Assembly (NCBI GenBank): GCA_964016885.1
Contig: OZ024740.1
Location: 372,124,001 to 372,188,000 of the forward strand
Source: Eledone cirrhosa
Taxonomy: Eukaryota
Length of the DNA stretch: 64,000 bases
Reading direction: 5' to 3'
Shown: in pieces, positions 25,115-39,693 of the stretch
Layout: every line of letters begins with the position of its first letter
How positions within the stretch are numbered: position 1 is the first letter of the stretch
Made by a program: the position numbers and the translations under genes
The notes under the pieces: model-generated
The model's input: the letters and a program-made list of their open reading frames with translations, nothing else
Databases searched by the model: none
What the model was told of the DNA's origin: nothing

Positions 25115-26615
25115 TTATCGTTTCCTCCTGTTGTATTGTATGTCTACGCCATTTTTATTCAGTCTGTCTATATATTTCTTTATTTATTTGCTTGTTTGTT
25201 TATTTTATTTTGTCTTCTTTGCGAATGCGTTTGCGTGTGTGTATAGTGTTTTGTTTGCTGTGTGATGGGTGAATAGTGTGTGTTTATGTGCTTGTTGTTA
25301 TTGTGCTTGTGTATGTATTTATTTATTTATTTATTTATTTATTTTATTTTATTTACTTATTTATACTTCTCTTAGGTCAGTGTTGTTTGTTTGGGTGTTG
25401 TTGTTATTCCATTCATTCTTTCTGTTTAGTCTTGGTCTTCTAATTTCTATTTCACTGGCCTCTCTGATTTGCCTATCTGCTGGGTCATTTCTATGTTTAG
25501 ATATTATTCTAATTTCTATGTTGTCTATGTTACCGTCATGTTGTTGTCTAGCATGTTCGTATAGTACTGACCCGTTTTTTCGTCCTTTTAGTTCCCCCAG
25601 TGTTGGTCTATTCTTTCACCTATGCTACGAGCTGTCTCACCTATGTATGTTGTTGTCATGTTTCTGCAAGTACCCTCTGTACATCTTATGCTATAGACTA
25701 CGTTTCTAGTTTTACAGTTTATCCGGGGGTTTACCTTACATATGATACATTTCCTATTGGTACAGTGGGTTTTCTTAAAAGGGTAGGTTTTGCTGATCAG
25801 GGATTTTATGGTGGTTCCTGGCTTTTCTACCACCTTAATTTTTAAGTGGGTCTTTCTCAGGGCCTTTCTACACTGGTTAGCTAATTTCCCTCCAGGGGTA
25901 GCGTCTACAAACATGACACTCTGGTATCTCTCGTTGTCGTACCATGAGGTGGCTTTCCCTATCTTATGTCTAGCGCTATCTAAGCTATTCCATGATTTGC
26001 TCCTGTATAATGGGCACATTCCTTTCATGTCCAGTTCTATGAGGGTTTTATACTTCTCCATGTATACTTCTCCACGTATACTCTGACTCTGTCTCTTTGG
26101 TTGTAGCCACAGAACTGCATGCGGTTGATGAAGTGTTGGATGTGTCTTTCCATTTCTGTTGGGTCGCACATGCGGGACACATTCTTCATCACTCGTACCA
26201 AATCTGCGATCAGAATATTAAACTTAGCACTACTGGACATTGCTGAGTTTTTGAGTATCAGGTATTTGGAGGCCATGGGTTTAGCATAGTGTGAGTGGAG
26301 AATTTGGGCTCTCTCGTCTATAGTGTTAATCCAGAGTTCTGTGTCTAATACAGGTAGTCTATTGTTAGGGTGTTTGGAAGGGAAGTCGATAGTTACAGTT
26401 ATACTCTGGTGTATGGCATTAGCTATCTGCTGGTTGCTTTCCATCGTGCTACGTTCTAAATCAAACTTGTTAGTGCTCTCTAGTGGGGATGTTCTTATAA
26501 CTATATTGATATCGTCTACATAACGAGAGTACATGATGAGGTCTATGGAGCTCTCATTAAGGAGATCTTTAAGTCTCCTTTCCCACCATACCATGAAAAG
26601 GTTGGCAACATCACC
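25066..26615 (-). mobile_element. 5'-truncated, frameshifted Penelope-like element (RT and GIY-YIG) ending in an HHR
   Basis: ANLFMVWW..YSRYVDD..LPVLD..YAKPMAS, then NVVYSIRC..YIGETARS..ER..QH..RQIREA..LNRKNEW. The 3' UTR ends at an HHR core. Confidence 0.9.
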
Positions 26616-26619
26616 ATTT

Positions 26620-29590
26620 TAAAAACTGCGCGATCACCCCTAACCTCGCATAGCCCTCCCCCCGCCTAATTCTGCGTTTTGAATACTGGAAATTTAAGCA
26701 CCTGTAAACTTGTTTTAATGCTATTAACTGTGTATTGGTTAAATATTACCTATATAACTTTTTATAGATTATATGCACCTCCTCCCTGAAAAAACAGTTA
26801 TTGGAATCTATTTATTTATATAGTTTGTATTAATTTTTTTTAATAAAGAAAGCCTATATTATGAAAAGCATTTTCAACGTATAAATAATGTAAATTCTTA
26901 ATGACTATTATGATATGCAATAAAAAAATCTACGCACGAACCTCAAACGAAATACATGAACAGTGAGCACCATAAAATAAGCATTAATAGTATTTACTAT
27001 TTAATTAAATGATCATTATCTTTCCCAGTCAAAGTGAGGTAAACATTTGATATGAATTTGTGCCTATTTTCGTGGCCTATTCTGAGTTCAGAAGCTTTTG
27101 TAACTAAATTGAAAGCATGCTCGGTTCCTTGGCTACAACAGGGAAGAGGTATTGTTATAGTCCTGAACGAGCTTTAAGAAGATCAACATTTGTAAAGTTC
27201 CGTAAAGCTGGAGGGGATGTTATAACTTCATTTTCCCAGTTAATCAAATCAACATAAATCTGTGCTTCAAAATTAATTTTGCTTGGTAGCTTGACATTTT
27301 GTAATTCTTCACGTGGCATTCGGGGAAACGTTCTTACTTTAATAATTCGCTGAATTGCTACTTACCTAATTTGTCTTCTTCCATCATTCAGCATAGTCAG
27401 TAAAATATTCACCGGATGGGCAAAATGCGAATTAGCTTTTAACGATTTCTCCATAACTTCTTTATGATCTTGGTTAATAACTTGCATTAGATGTGCCATA
27501 TACCAAAAATTACTTGCTCCTTCATGTAACTTTGGGTGAGATTTAATCCAGAACAAGCTTGGAGCATAAACATGCGTTATGATTTTAACAAGATCTATAA
27601 TATTATTTTTGGGATTTTTTCCCGAAATATATAGGCGAAGTATTCTGTTTGACGTGTTAACAACCTTGCATGATGGATTTTACCAGGTGATCTTGTTACT
27701 AACTGTCAGAAAAAAACCCTGTCTCAATACTGAGGCACATTTCATACAGATGATTTTGATCTGAGCTTAAAGTATCAACAACTTCTGATGGCAATTATTC
27801 ATTTTAGTTTTTACTGGAGAAAATTTGATTATCTTTAAGTTTGTTACATCTTCTTTAATTTTATTGCCAATTAAGCCTTTTGATGTTCGTGGTCCTGTTG
27901 TTTTACCTTCTATGGATTCAAATATGTCTCGTAACGGAAGCTCATTTGTATGTAGCAGGCATATCAGCCATCGAAGTGGTTTATTTAAGTATAATTCAAT
28001 TATTTTAATTACCCCCTCCTAAATGACCAGTGTTTACTGGAATGCCATCACACAATACAGCCTTTAAACTTTCTTGACTGTCAGAATGAATTAAAACAGT
28101 AATAATTTCTTCTGCAATGCAACGAGCTGTTCCATTAGCTGGGGAAACGTGATCTAAATACTCATTACCGGGCTCTTTCACAATAACATAGTGTTCTTCA
28201 CTTTCCATCCCTCTTGCTGTTTTAGTTTTATCCTTTCTGCTATCAAAACCGATGCAGTCGATCTTTGTATTTTCTGTTTTCATTTTCATAATATTGTTTT
28301 TTTCCAGCTCTTTTTCTTTCTCTTTTAACCCTTTTCTTATCTAGCATATTTGTATCATTTAAAATTCTCATATCTTTCAAAGCTGCATTAAAAATGGCAG
28401 CAGCAGCTCTGCAACTTACCCGATATCTGTCTGCTGTGATGGCTAGATTCTCATAAGTAAATCTGTTTTGTTTGTTTTTTCTCTCAGTTCATTGTCAGGA
28501 ACAATGTCGATGTCATCGTCATCATTGTCACACGAGTCACAATTATCTTCATTAATATCACTTGGGTACTGATGACTAGTTGAAGCAACGTCCATGTCTA
28601 AGCGCATCTTTGCCCTCTTGTTTTCAAATCTTTGTGCTCTTTCCGCAGTTCTTTATCTACCTGAAGTTATTTCTCTATCTACAGGCCTTGACTGATTAAA
28701 TTTTTTTCTGTCCAACAAATGATTTCCATTGCATTATTGGTATTCTTATGTCATACCTACATTCAGATCGTTTTATGTATTTGTCATAACACGTGCTGGT
28801 GCATATATCAAACATTTCATTGAACTCCTCTAATTTCTTATCAAAACTATCTCCTCTTTGCTTGATAGGTATTTTGTTTAATTTATAATCAAATTCGATC
28901 AATCTCCCAATTTTTAGAGCTATTCCCGCAAATCCAATATGAGGAAAAGAAAATTTGTCCCATATTCTTTAATCATCTTCAGCAACAATCCGGTAGCTTT
29001 CTTTCGCTGTGGGTGAAGTTTTTGAAATCTGTTCCTTACGTTTTCTTATGTATAAATAATGTCGGAATACATCAGCCTTTGATGGGGGTCATTGCTGTAG
29101 GAAATTTTGCAGGATATCCAAATGCTGAATTACGGTTTTTACTTCTAGTTGCCATTATATAATTTTATATACTTAAATTATTACAGTTTAAATTTATGTA
29201 GGTATTTTTGTAAAATTATAATACAATTTAGCTCTCAAATAATCTGAAAAACAAAAGAAAATCATTTTAAAAATGTATACATTTTCTAAAAAAACATTCA
29301 TTTCACACATATTGAAAAGTTGTATTTTTACTATGTTGGAGGGGTACCTATCTACCAATTGTCTTATATCTCAATGTTTTTGCTATCTTTACTCATCGGA
29401 TGTTTTAAACAAGGTTTCTACAGTGAAATATAATCAAATGTTTCATATCCATAAGCAGTTTAGTATATATGTGTTAGAGATTATATGATTAATTAGGGTA
29501 TTTAATTGTGGGTGAGGTTTATGCGAGGGGTACGGGGGTCACATAACTCTATTTGAAACTCTGTGCATACCATGAAGTTTCGACTCCCCC
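26620..29590 (-). mobile_element. Decayed DDE DNA transposon, hAT-like (possibly hATm group)
   Basis: IGFDSRKDKT, EEHY...EP, LCDG..VNTG, CLLHTNELP, PGKIHHAR..NRILRLY, FAHPVNILL.M, PCCSQGTE..F.LVT.AS. Imperfect subterminal inverted repeats at about 26625-26665 and 29508-29548. Confidence 0.7.
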
Positions 29591-29591
29591 T

Positions 29592-29648
<57 letters not shown>

Positions 29649-29686
29649 TTCAAAATATTTGCAAAATAGATATTCTGTGATCAATA

Positions 29687-29753
29687 TATTTTATTATACA
29701 TATTTCAGAGGTACTGAGTTAAGTTCAACAGTACGTCCTCATCAGATAAAATA
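29687..29753 (-). ncRNA. Type I hammerhead ribozyme
   Basis: tattttat-CTGATGA-ggac gtactg..cagtac ctct-GAAA-tatgta-TA-ataaaata. Confidence 0.85.
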
Positions 29754-30054
29754 AGATGATGCATGACATACCCTGACATAGTAGATGGTTAAGATTCAGT
29801 CATGGTTTAAATGGGGTCTTACTGGTTCCTATTACCCACTCTACTACCTCAAGTATTGAGTACTTTGGTGCGTTATGGTCCACCTGGTTCCTTACCACAT
29901 TTCCTTCGTTATATATATATATATATAAATGTATATATAGTGTATTTTGCAATACACTGTATGCTTAATTCAAAGCATTTCGAAGATCTTATGCTATTGT
30001 TGTAGAGTAGTGACACACTCACTTACTTTAATTTTAAGCAAACAGGAGAGATAA

Positions 30055-30101
30055 AGCTGACAGGGCCCTGTTTCGCATTTTTTTTAATGCTTATCAAAGC
30101 C
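30055..30101 (-). ncRNA. Type I hammerhead ribozyme, U3-A8 core
   Basis: Inverted copy of 30191-30235. Confidence 0.75.
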
Positions 30102-30190
30102 AAATACTCCTCCTGTTTGCTGAAAATCATGGATGTTTGGTTCATATAGAATTCTAGTAAATAATCAGGAACTGATTATACAGAGCGGTT

Positions 30191-30235
30191 GGCTTTGATA
30201 AGCATAAAAAAATGCGAAACAGGGCCCTGTCAGCT
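30191..30235 (+). ncRNA. Type I hammerhead ribozyme, U3-A8 core
   Basis: ggct-TTGATAA-gcat aaaaaa atgc-GAAA-cagggccctg-TC-agct, with a palindromic stem III and GUC triplet. Confidence 0.78.
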
Positions 30236-30400
30236 TTATCTCCCATGTTTGCTGAAAATTAAAGTAAGTGAGTCTGTCACTACTCTAAAACAATAGCATA
30301 AGGTCTTCGAAATGCTTTTAATTAAGCATACAGTGTATTGCAAAATACACTATATACACATTCATATATATATATAGCTATTTCAGAGTACCAATTCTAA

Positions 30401-30433
<33 letters not shown>

Positions 30434-30808
30434 TCGGTATATAAGGATGCAATTCACTTCTAGCACTCAACGTCATATGACTTCCTAAAACAAGCAAATA
30501 TTGATTAATAGGTAACATTTCAAAGGCAATTTTTATGTGGAAGGGAGCGGACTAAAACAAATGTGTGTTTATGCTCTGAGTGTCCGCTCCCTTCTGAAGT
30601 GAGCGGACACTCAGAAGAAATCATGATATCTATCGTCATTGAAATATGTATAACGGCTCAATTGATAAAGGACCCTAACATCTTCAACTTCACATTTTCC
30701 TCTCTATAATATATATATATATATACGTTATTCCGGGTTGAATCGGAGGTAACCACAGTAAGTAAGGTACTCAATACATTGCAGAGTATAACAGTTTTAA
30801 TATAGATG

Positions 30809-30859
30809 AGATTCTACAGGACAAGAACTGTTTCATTCTATAGAAATCATCAGGAATCT
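30809..30859 (-). ncRNA. Type I hammerhead ribozyme
   Basis: agattc-CTGATGA-t ttc tata gaa t-GAAA-cag ttcttgtc ctg-TA-gaatct. Confidence 0.82.
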
Positions 30860-31369
30860 GGGTATCAAACAATAAGTATGGTATTTATAGGTCTCTACAA
30901 GTGGTAGGAGACGGTGGGGAGTGGGATGGGTGTAGGTCATTGGTTGATAGAAAAGGGAATTCATTAAAAGTTAATTCTACAAAGCTATAGTTTATTTTTA
31001 TTTTTAGAGTAACAAAGGCAGAAGGAATTCTATAAACAGGTTCAGGATGGGGTGCCACTCCTTATTATTAAGTTTCTCTTAAGCTAACAGGTGTCTATAA
31101 GATCAGTGGGGGTCAGTCATGGTAGATAGATTTAAAGGAAAGGGAGATTCTTTAAAAGCTAAGTTCTTTAAGGTTCTACTAAGTGACAAAGGTTTAGAGA
31201 ATTCTGTAGACAAATTCAAGATATTGAGTGCATATCTGACAATTATCTTCAAATTTCTCTTAAACTATTCAACTATATGCCAAAAATCAACAGACATATT
31301 CACAAACACACTCACTCACACACTCGCGCGCAACCATAAACACACACACATACACATATACATATATAT

Positions 31370-31452
<83 letters not shown>

Positions 31453-31538
31453 CATATATATATACACACACACACATATATACACATATATACGTATATA
31501 CACACATACACACACATATATATACACACATACACCAT

Positions 31539-31595
<57 letters not shown>

Positions 31596-31713
31596 TATAC
31601 ACACACATACACACACACATATATACATATATATACACATATACACACACATATATATATATATATATACACACATACATACACACATACACATATACAT
31701 ATATACACATATA

Positions 31714-31799
<86 letters not shown>

Positions 31800-31818
31800 T
31801 ACACATACATACATATAT

Positions 31819-31857
<39 letters not shown>

Positions 31858-31881
31858 CATATATACATATATATATATATA

Positions 31882-32070
31882 TTTTTATTTTATAGAAGGA
31901 GCTTCTACAGGACTAGTACTGTTTCATTCAGATGAAATCTTCAGGAAGATTTCATCTGAATGAAACAGTACTAGTCCTGTAGAAGCCCCTTCTATAAAAT
32001 AAAAAATTTTTACTCTGCCATGTATTGAGTACCTTACTTACTGTGGTTATCCCCGACTCAACCCGGGACC

Positions 32071-32073
<3 letters not shown>
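31882..32073. repeat. Palindrome (31882-32005) centred on an HHR core, plus a family tail
   Basis: The centre is tcttc-ag-gaaga. The tail matches 30727-30790 in reverse. Confidence 0.88.
31902..31948 (-). ncRNA. Type I hammerhead ribozyme
   Basis: cttc-CTGAAGA-t ttc atct gaa t-GAAA-cag tactagtc ctg-TA-gaag. Confidence 0.78.
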
Positions 32074-32132
<59 letters not shown>

Positions 32133-32225
32133 CATATACATATATATATATACACACACACATATATATACACATACACACAAATATACACACACATACG
32201 TACAGACATACGTATACATAAATAA

Positions 32226-32290
<65 letters not shown>

Positions 32291-32402
32291 TACATACATA
32301 CACATACATATACACACATATACATATACATATATATATATATATAAATACACACATACATACACACATACACATATACATATATACACATATATATTTA
32401 TA

Positions 32403-32434
<32 letters not shown>

Positions 32435-32486
32435 CATGGAAAGTTATATTTAAATTGTTGGGTTAACAACGAGTAAATATTTATAA

Positions 32487-32528
<42 letters not shown>

Positions 32529-32547
32529 TACACATACATACATATAT

Positions 32548-32655
<108 letters not shown>

Positions 32656-32737
32656 ATATACACACACACACATATATATACACATACACACAAATATACA
32701 CACACATACGTACAGACACGTATACATAAATAAATAA

Positions 32738-32796
<59 letters not shown>

Positions 32797-32833
32797 TACA
32801 TACATACACCTACATATACACATATACATATAC

Positions 32834-32889
<56 letters not shown>

Positions 32890-33282
32890 ATGTATGTATG
32901 TATGTATGTATGTATGTATGTGTGTGTATGTATGTATGTGTGTGTATGTATGGATGTATGTATGTTTGCATGCATGTATGTATGTGTGTGTATGTATGTA
33001 TGTATGTATGTATGTATGTATGGATGTATGTATGTATGGATGTTTGTATGTATGTATGGATGTATGTGTGTGTGTATGTATGTATGTATGTTTGCATGTA
33101 TGTATGTATGTGTGTGTGTGTATGTATGTATGTATGTATGTATGTATGTATGGATGGATGGATGTATGTATGTATGGATGTTTGTATGTATGTATGTATG
33201 TATGTATGTATGTATGTATGTATGTATGTATGTGTATGTATGTATGTATGAATGTATGTATGTATGTATATATGTATGTCAG

Positions 33283-34557
33283 GTCACCAGTTGGTGCTAC
33301 TGGTAACATGTATCCCAGTACAACCTGTCTCATGGTCGGGTCGTTGGCGACTAAACTGGCAACCCCACCAAGGTTTCTTGGTGAGGAGGGTGACTTTGGA
33401 CATCCTGCGGGACTAAAAACAAAACCTGCTAAAGGGCAAAGGATCTCTTAAGAGTCAATGGCCATCCAAAATCACCGGGAGAGATGACCCCTTAGCCTTT
33501 GTCCAGGCAGAATTCTAGGAGAAGGAAAACTCTTATATAACACCTGCAGCTCTGATGGTATCCAATGATGTTGACTTGTTCTTCTTTTTGGTAAATATCA
33601 TCTTGGTTAAGAGAGTGGGACTGGCTTTGTGCAGTGCCTTTACTCACTATAAAAGCTTCACGGCACAGGCATTGCTTTATATCTGGAGATCTCTCTGCAC
33701 TTGTCGCCACATGGTACCATGGGCCCAGCACTATGTGTCAATAATTGTCACAAGTGTAGTGTTTGTACCAGAGTTTTCAAGTCGCTGGCTGGACTAAAAA
33801 GTCACACTTGTTTAGCGCATCGGTAGGGGTTCTCCTACATGGATATAAAGTAGTGGCCGTACTCGAAAACGAGTTGGCAGCCACCATGTATGTATGTATG
33901 TATGTATGTATGGATGTATGTTTGTGTGTGTGTGTGTGAAGTGTGTGTGTATGTATGTCAGTTGGTGCTACTGGTAACATGTATCCCAGTACAACCTGAC
34001 CCATGATCGGGTCGTTGGCGACTAAACTGGCAACTCCACCAAGGTTTCTTGGTGGGGAGGGTGACTTTGGACTTCCTGCAGGACTAAAAACAAAACCTGT
34101 CAAAGGGCAAAGGAGCTCTTAAGAGTCAATGGCCATCCAAAATCACCGGGAGAGATGACCCCTTAGCCTTTGTCAAGGCAGAATTCTAGGAGAAGGAAAA
34201 CTATGATATAACACCTGCAGCTCTGATGGTATCCAATGATGTTGACTTGTTCTTCTTTTTGGTAAATATCATCTTGGTTAAGAGAGTAGGACTGGCTTTG
34301 TGCAGTGCCTTTACTCACTATAAAAGCTTCACAGCACAGGCATTGCTTTATATCTGGAGATCTCTCTGCACTTGTCGTCACATGGTACCATGGGCCCAGC
34401 ACTATGTGTCAATAATTGTCACAAGTGTAGTGTTTGTACCAGAGCTTTGAAGTCGCTGGCTGGACTAAAAAGTCACACTCGTTCAGCACATCGGTAGGGG
34501 TTCTCCTACATGGATATAAAGTAGTGGCCGTACTCGAAAACGAGTTGGCAGCCACCA
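33283..34557 (+). mobile_element. Two copies (671-bp offset) of a non-autonomous bipartite RTE derivative
   Basis: RTE-like 5' UTR motif CTAGGAGAAGGAAAACT, a 3' end encoding [13 protein letters not shown], a terminal hairpin and an (ATGT)n tail. No RT is present. Confidence 0.7.
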
Positions 34558-34950
34558 TATATATACATATATACACATATATATACACACATACACACAT
34601 ACATAAGCATATATATATACACATATACACACATATATACACACAAATATATATACACACATATACACACACATATACACACATACACATACACATACAT
34701 ATATACACACACATATATACATATATATACACACATAGATATATATATATATACATATACACACACATACATATATACATATATATACATATATATATAT
34801 ATATACACACATATATATATACACATATACACATATACATATATATATATATACACATATACACATACATATACACATACATACATACATATATATATAT
34901 ACATATACACATACATACACACACACATAAACACATATATACATATATAT

Positions 34951-35035
<85 letters not shown>

Positions 35036-35051
35036 TATATATATATATACG

Positions 35052-35111
<60 letters not shown>

Positions 35112-36392
35112 CATAAACACATATACACATATATATATACACACACATATATATATATATATATCGGATACAAATGCGATGTCATCTCAGGCACCGATGA
35201 TTGCAAAAAAACTTACATCGGCATGACCTCCAACAACTTTAAGACCCTGTTTAGAGACCTCTCCATTGAAGGGAGGGTTGTACCAGCTAATCTGCCTATG
35301 TCTATTCCTCCTCTGCAAACTTGCGGTGGTTTCTATAAATAAAAATAAACTATAGCTGTAGAATTAGCTTTTTATGAATTCCCTTTTCTATCAACCAATG
35401 ACCTACACCCATCCCACTCCCCACCCTCTCCTACCACTTGTAGAGACCTATAAATACCATACTTATTTTTTGATACCCAGATTTCTGATGATTTCTAAAG
35501 AATCTATATATATTTATTTATTTATCCAATCCGATACCTAGACTTCTCACTCCTGTGTGGAAATGAGTGTGTTTTGATGCAATCAGCCTTGATCAGACTA
35601 TGACGGCAGGAAAATTAAAACCAGCCATAAAACAGTTAAGCATAAACCAAACTTGCGAACGTGAATCGAAGTACAAACAGTGTGCGAATGCGCTACCACA
35701 TTACACTACTCTCTGTTCCTATTCTTCACTTTAAAAGTACACATATACCGACGCGATTTCTGAATTTGTATTTCTATAGCGTTCATATTGTTTGTATTGA
35801 GACTCTCTCCGAACTTAACTGCTCACAGTTAGGTCACTTGTTTGAATGTGTAACAAAGAACCATATTCAACTTGGCTTGATTCATAGATGATGATTAAAC
35901 TATTGATTACTCAATAAAAATATGGGTGGAAGCGGTGATAATATGGTGGTGATAAAAGAGTAATATACAGAAGATACCAATCGCAAAATGCCGAGGGAAA
36001 TAAATACAAACTAAACCTGTTGAACCCGATATATGTTTATCTATCAAGCTAGAGTTGATGGGTCTGTCTCACCAATAATTTCGGGTTTCGTTTTCAGATA
36101 CTTTACAGTTGCCGGATATCAAGATAGTTTGATTAAAATTGTTTTATTAAAGAAGAAAAAAGACTTAGTCATAAATTTATATACATACATACATATATAC
36201 ATACACACTACATAGATACATACATACTACATATATAAATACATACACACATATATATATACACACATATGTACACACACACACACACACACACAGCTAT
36301 ATATATATATATACATATAGTTATAATCTTAAATACGCTTTTGAAATATGAATCTTAGGAGATAATTTACAATATACGAGGATATAATGCTT

Positions 36393-36442
<50 letters not shown>

Positions 36443-36449
<7 letters not shown>

Positions 36450-37296
36450 GAGATAAGCGGAGCAAGCAAGATTTAAACAATTTTTAAAAATAAATAAAAA
36501 AATATAATTTAAATATTAACCTATTCCATTTGCCTTTACCGACGGTTTCACTTCACAAAAGATTGGAGATCCCTAGGGACTTCCAATGGAAAAGTTCAGA
36601 TCATCAGAGAGCATCTTCCTTTCCTAGGACAAAAAGTCCCAGGAACGGCAAACTATATTGCCATCTGCCAGCTAGCACAGGATCGAATGGGGCCGTAAAT
36701 TTGACCTATGCATGAACCAGCCCTTAGTAGAAGCGGAATTAAACATAGACGTATTGTCTATCTCTCCACTAAAAATAGCAGCTAAATAAAACAACAGATT
36801 TGTTCTCTACATCACGGAGAATATTAAAAGAAGTTAATATCCCCACAGGTACTACGTACCCCTGGAAATATATAGTACCCCTGGAAATATACAGTGGTTG
36901 TTCTATGGTATTAATTTGACATACAATACTATAAAATTGAGATAAACGGAGCAAGCAAGATTCAAACAATTTTTTAAAATAAATTAAAAAATATAATTTA
37001 AATATTGTTTGAAAAAATTGTTTGAATCTTACTTGCTCCGCTTATCTCAATTTTATAGTTCTGGTATGTCAAATTAATACCATAGAACAATCACTGTATA
37101 TTTCCAGGGGTACTATATATTTCCAGGGATACGTAGTACCTGTGGGGATATTAACTACTTTTAATATTCTCCGTGATGTAGAGAACAAATCTGTTGTTTT
37201 ATTTAGCTGCTATTAGAACAACCATAGAACAACCACTGTATCATAGACACCCTATATATTTCCAGGGGTACTTAGTACTTGTGGGGATATTAACTT

Positions 37297-37300
<4 letters not shown>
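36443..37300. repeat. Rearranged HHR-bearing element with a large palindrome
   Basis: About 36774-36975 is the reverse complement of about 37012-37214. 36443-36517 is a direct copy of 36932-37006. Confidence 0.8.
36531..36613 (-). ncRNA. Type I hammerhead ribozyme with extended stem II
   Basis: tgctct-CTGATGA-(attgga..tccctaggga..tccaat)-GAAA-ccgtcgg-TA-aaggca, with one stem I mismatch. Confidence 0.72.
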
Positions 37301-37339
<39 letters not shown>

Positions 37340-37654
37340 CTCTCTCTCTTTATATATATATATGTGTGTGTGCACACATGTGTGAATAATCAACCAGAAA
37401 ACGTTTATGTATTCTGTATATTGATGAAGAGTGAACAATAGGTTAACCTTAATTGTGAATTCTGTAGGACCAGAGTTATATTTATTTCGATTAAAGCAAA
37501 TACTGAATAAAAGATGATTGATAAATTCTTAGCTATTTCAACAAAGAAAAGTAACTATTCAATTGAATTTTCCCCAGAGACTTTAGCCTTGAATATATGC
37601 ACACACACAGTATATACACACACACACACACAGACACACACACATATACACACT

Positions 37655-37766
<112 letters not shown>

Positions 37767-38093
37767 GAAAAAAGAGGAGAAAGGAGTGAGAGAAATAATT
37801 ACAATGAGTGATTGATGGTTAAATTTATATTTTTCTTAGGCCATGGAATTTTCGATTGAATAGAACTTAATATTCTACTAGTTTATGTTTATTAACACAC
37901 TATTGCCTGGAGCATATTTCAGTCATTTGTAAAGATGAAGATTGACTATAGTGTTAAGTTGATCATGAACTGTGTCGCCGTCTCAATTATCATTGCCAAA
38001 TTCAATAGAGACTATCATACATACAGAAACAGACAAGCACGCAGATACAAACCCAAACACGTACACATACAGATATGTGTGTGTTTGTGTGTG

Positions 38094-38141
<48 letters not shown>

Positions 38142-38203
38142 CACATACACACACACACAATATATATATATATGTATATATACACACATATATATATATA
38201 TAC

Positions 38204-38241
<38 letters not shown>

Positions 38242-38273
38242 ATATGTATATATATATATACACACAGACACAA

Positions 38274-38355
<82 letters not shown>

Positions 38356-39646
38356 GCGTCAATTTCTCGTAGATCCAAGCGACAATGCAACTACCAATGG
38401 TTGATATGATTATATGACAAAGTAATAAGAAGGAATGTTACCCAAGATAGAAATGTCATCTATTTCAGGTATGAGTTTATATTACGCCCGGATTATCTTT
38501 GCTTTTCATCTCTTCAGTATTTATAAAATAGTTATCTTAAGTCAACTGAATATATTCAATATATTGTAGCGTCTCCTCTACAAATATAATGAGACCACCT
38601 CGACAAAGAGCAGCCATATTCTTCCAATTCCTACCCATGTTCTAAAATTATACATCAACGAACTGGTTATGACAAATCTATCTTTGATTCTAGATGTATC
38701 TAATAAACGATGCCTTGGCTATAAATACCGACTGCATGTATTTTCAAATATCTAAAAATCAAATATCTATTTATCGGATGTGATGTTATTAATCACATTC
38801 ATAAATCTCAGATACTCTCTGAAGCTGTGGATTCAAAGATGTGATTTGAAGGAAAACGGTCACTCTTTCCAGCTCTTTCCGGCAAAATATCAACTCTAAG
38901 CGAGTAGCACCTACTCTATGCGTTCATGACAATTATAATGTCGATTCATTTAAATCAAGGAAATTATTTGGTAGAAAATTAACCTTGCATCTACCATTTT
39001 CATTTTTCTTAACTTACAGTGTCGTGTATGTTTTTATTCTTTGACCACTTTCAGCCATTTTAGTCATACTGGGTACCAATATGAAAAATTATTGTCCAAT
39101 ACATCGAGTACTATACATATCACTGTCAAGTAATTGTTTATAAAACAACAAAATAAATTATTGTTTAAATAATTAAATTGCTTTAACGGTTCAAATCTTA
39201 GTCGCATATTGTACTTATTTTCATGTATTTGTTTGAATAGCAAGGAAGTGACTATTTGAAATGTTGATTCAAAATATTTAGCAAAACAAGCTTAGGATTT
39301 TTGTATCAATTTTTCATAAGTTAATGTCCCATTTATCTTCCCTATATTCGCAAACATTTAGCGACGATATATACTCGACCAACAACATAAAACCAAAACA
39401 AAAATAACGTTGTTTAAAGAACATTTTCTTTTTAATGTTTAAAAGAAATCTCTTTTAGTCATTAACTAGCAGAATGGCCCGGCATTGCTCAGGATTTTGC
39501 TCTAGGGTTCTTATATATTTGATATATATTTATCCTTATCGAGCTTTGTGAAATAAATACGTTTGTTTATATTTTGTTATTGTGTATGCAAAACATCTGT
39601 ACACGAATATATAATTATATATATATATATAAACTTTAATCTGTTA

Positions 39647-39682
<36 letters not shown>

Positions 39683-39693
39683 TAACAGATTAA

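Larger units (their letters stand above)
29931..30358. repeat. Fold-back element with about 170-bp HHR-bearing arms
   Basis: 29931-30103 is approximately the reverse complement of 30189-30358. Confidence 0.88.

Noticed and set aside
30540-30635. Hairpin followed by GAAA-tcatga-TA
   Set aside because: It resembles an HHR 3' half, but there is no core or stem I partner. Too incomplete to call.
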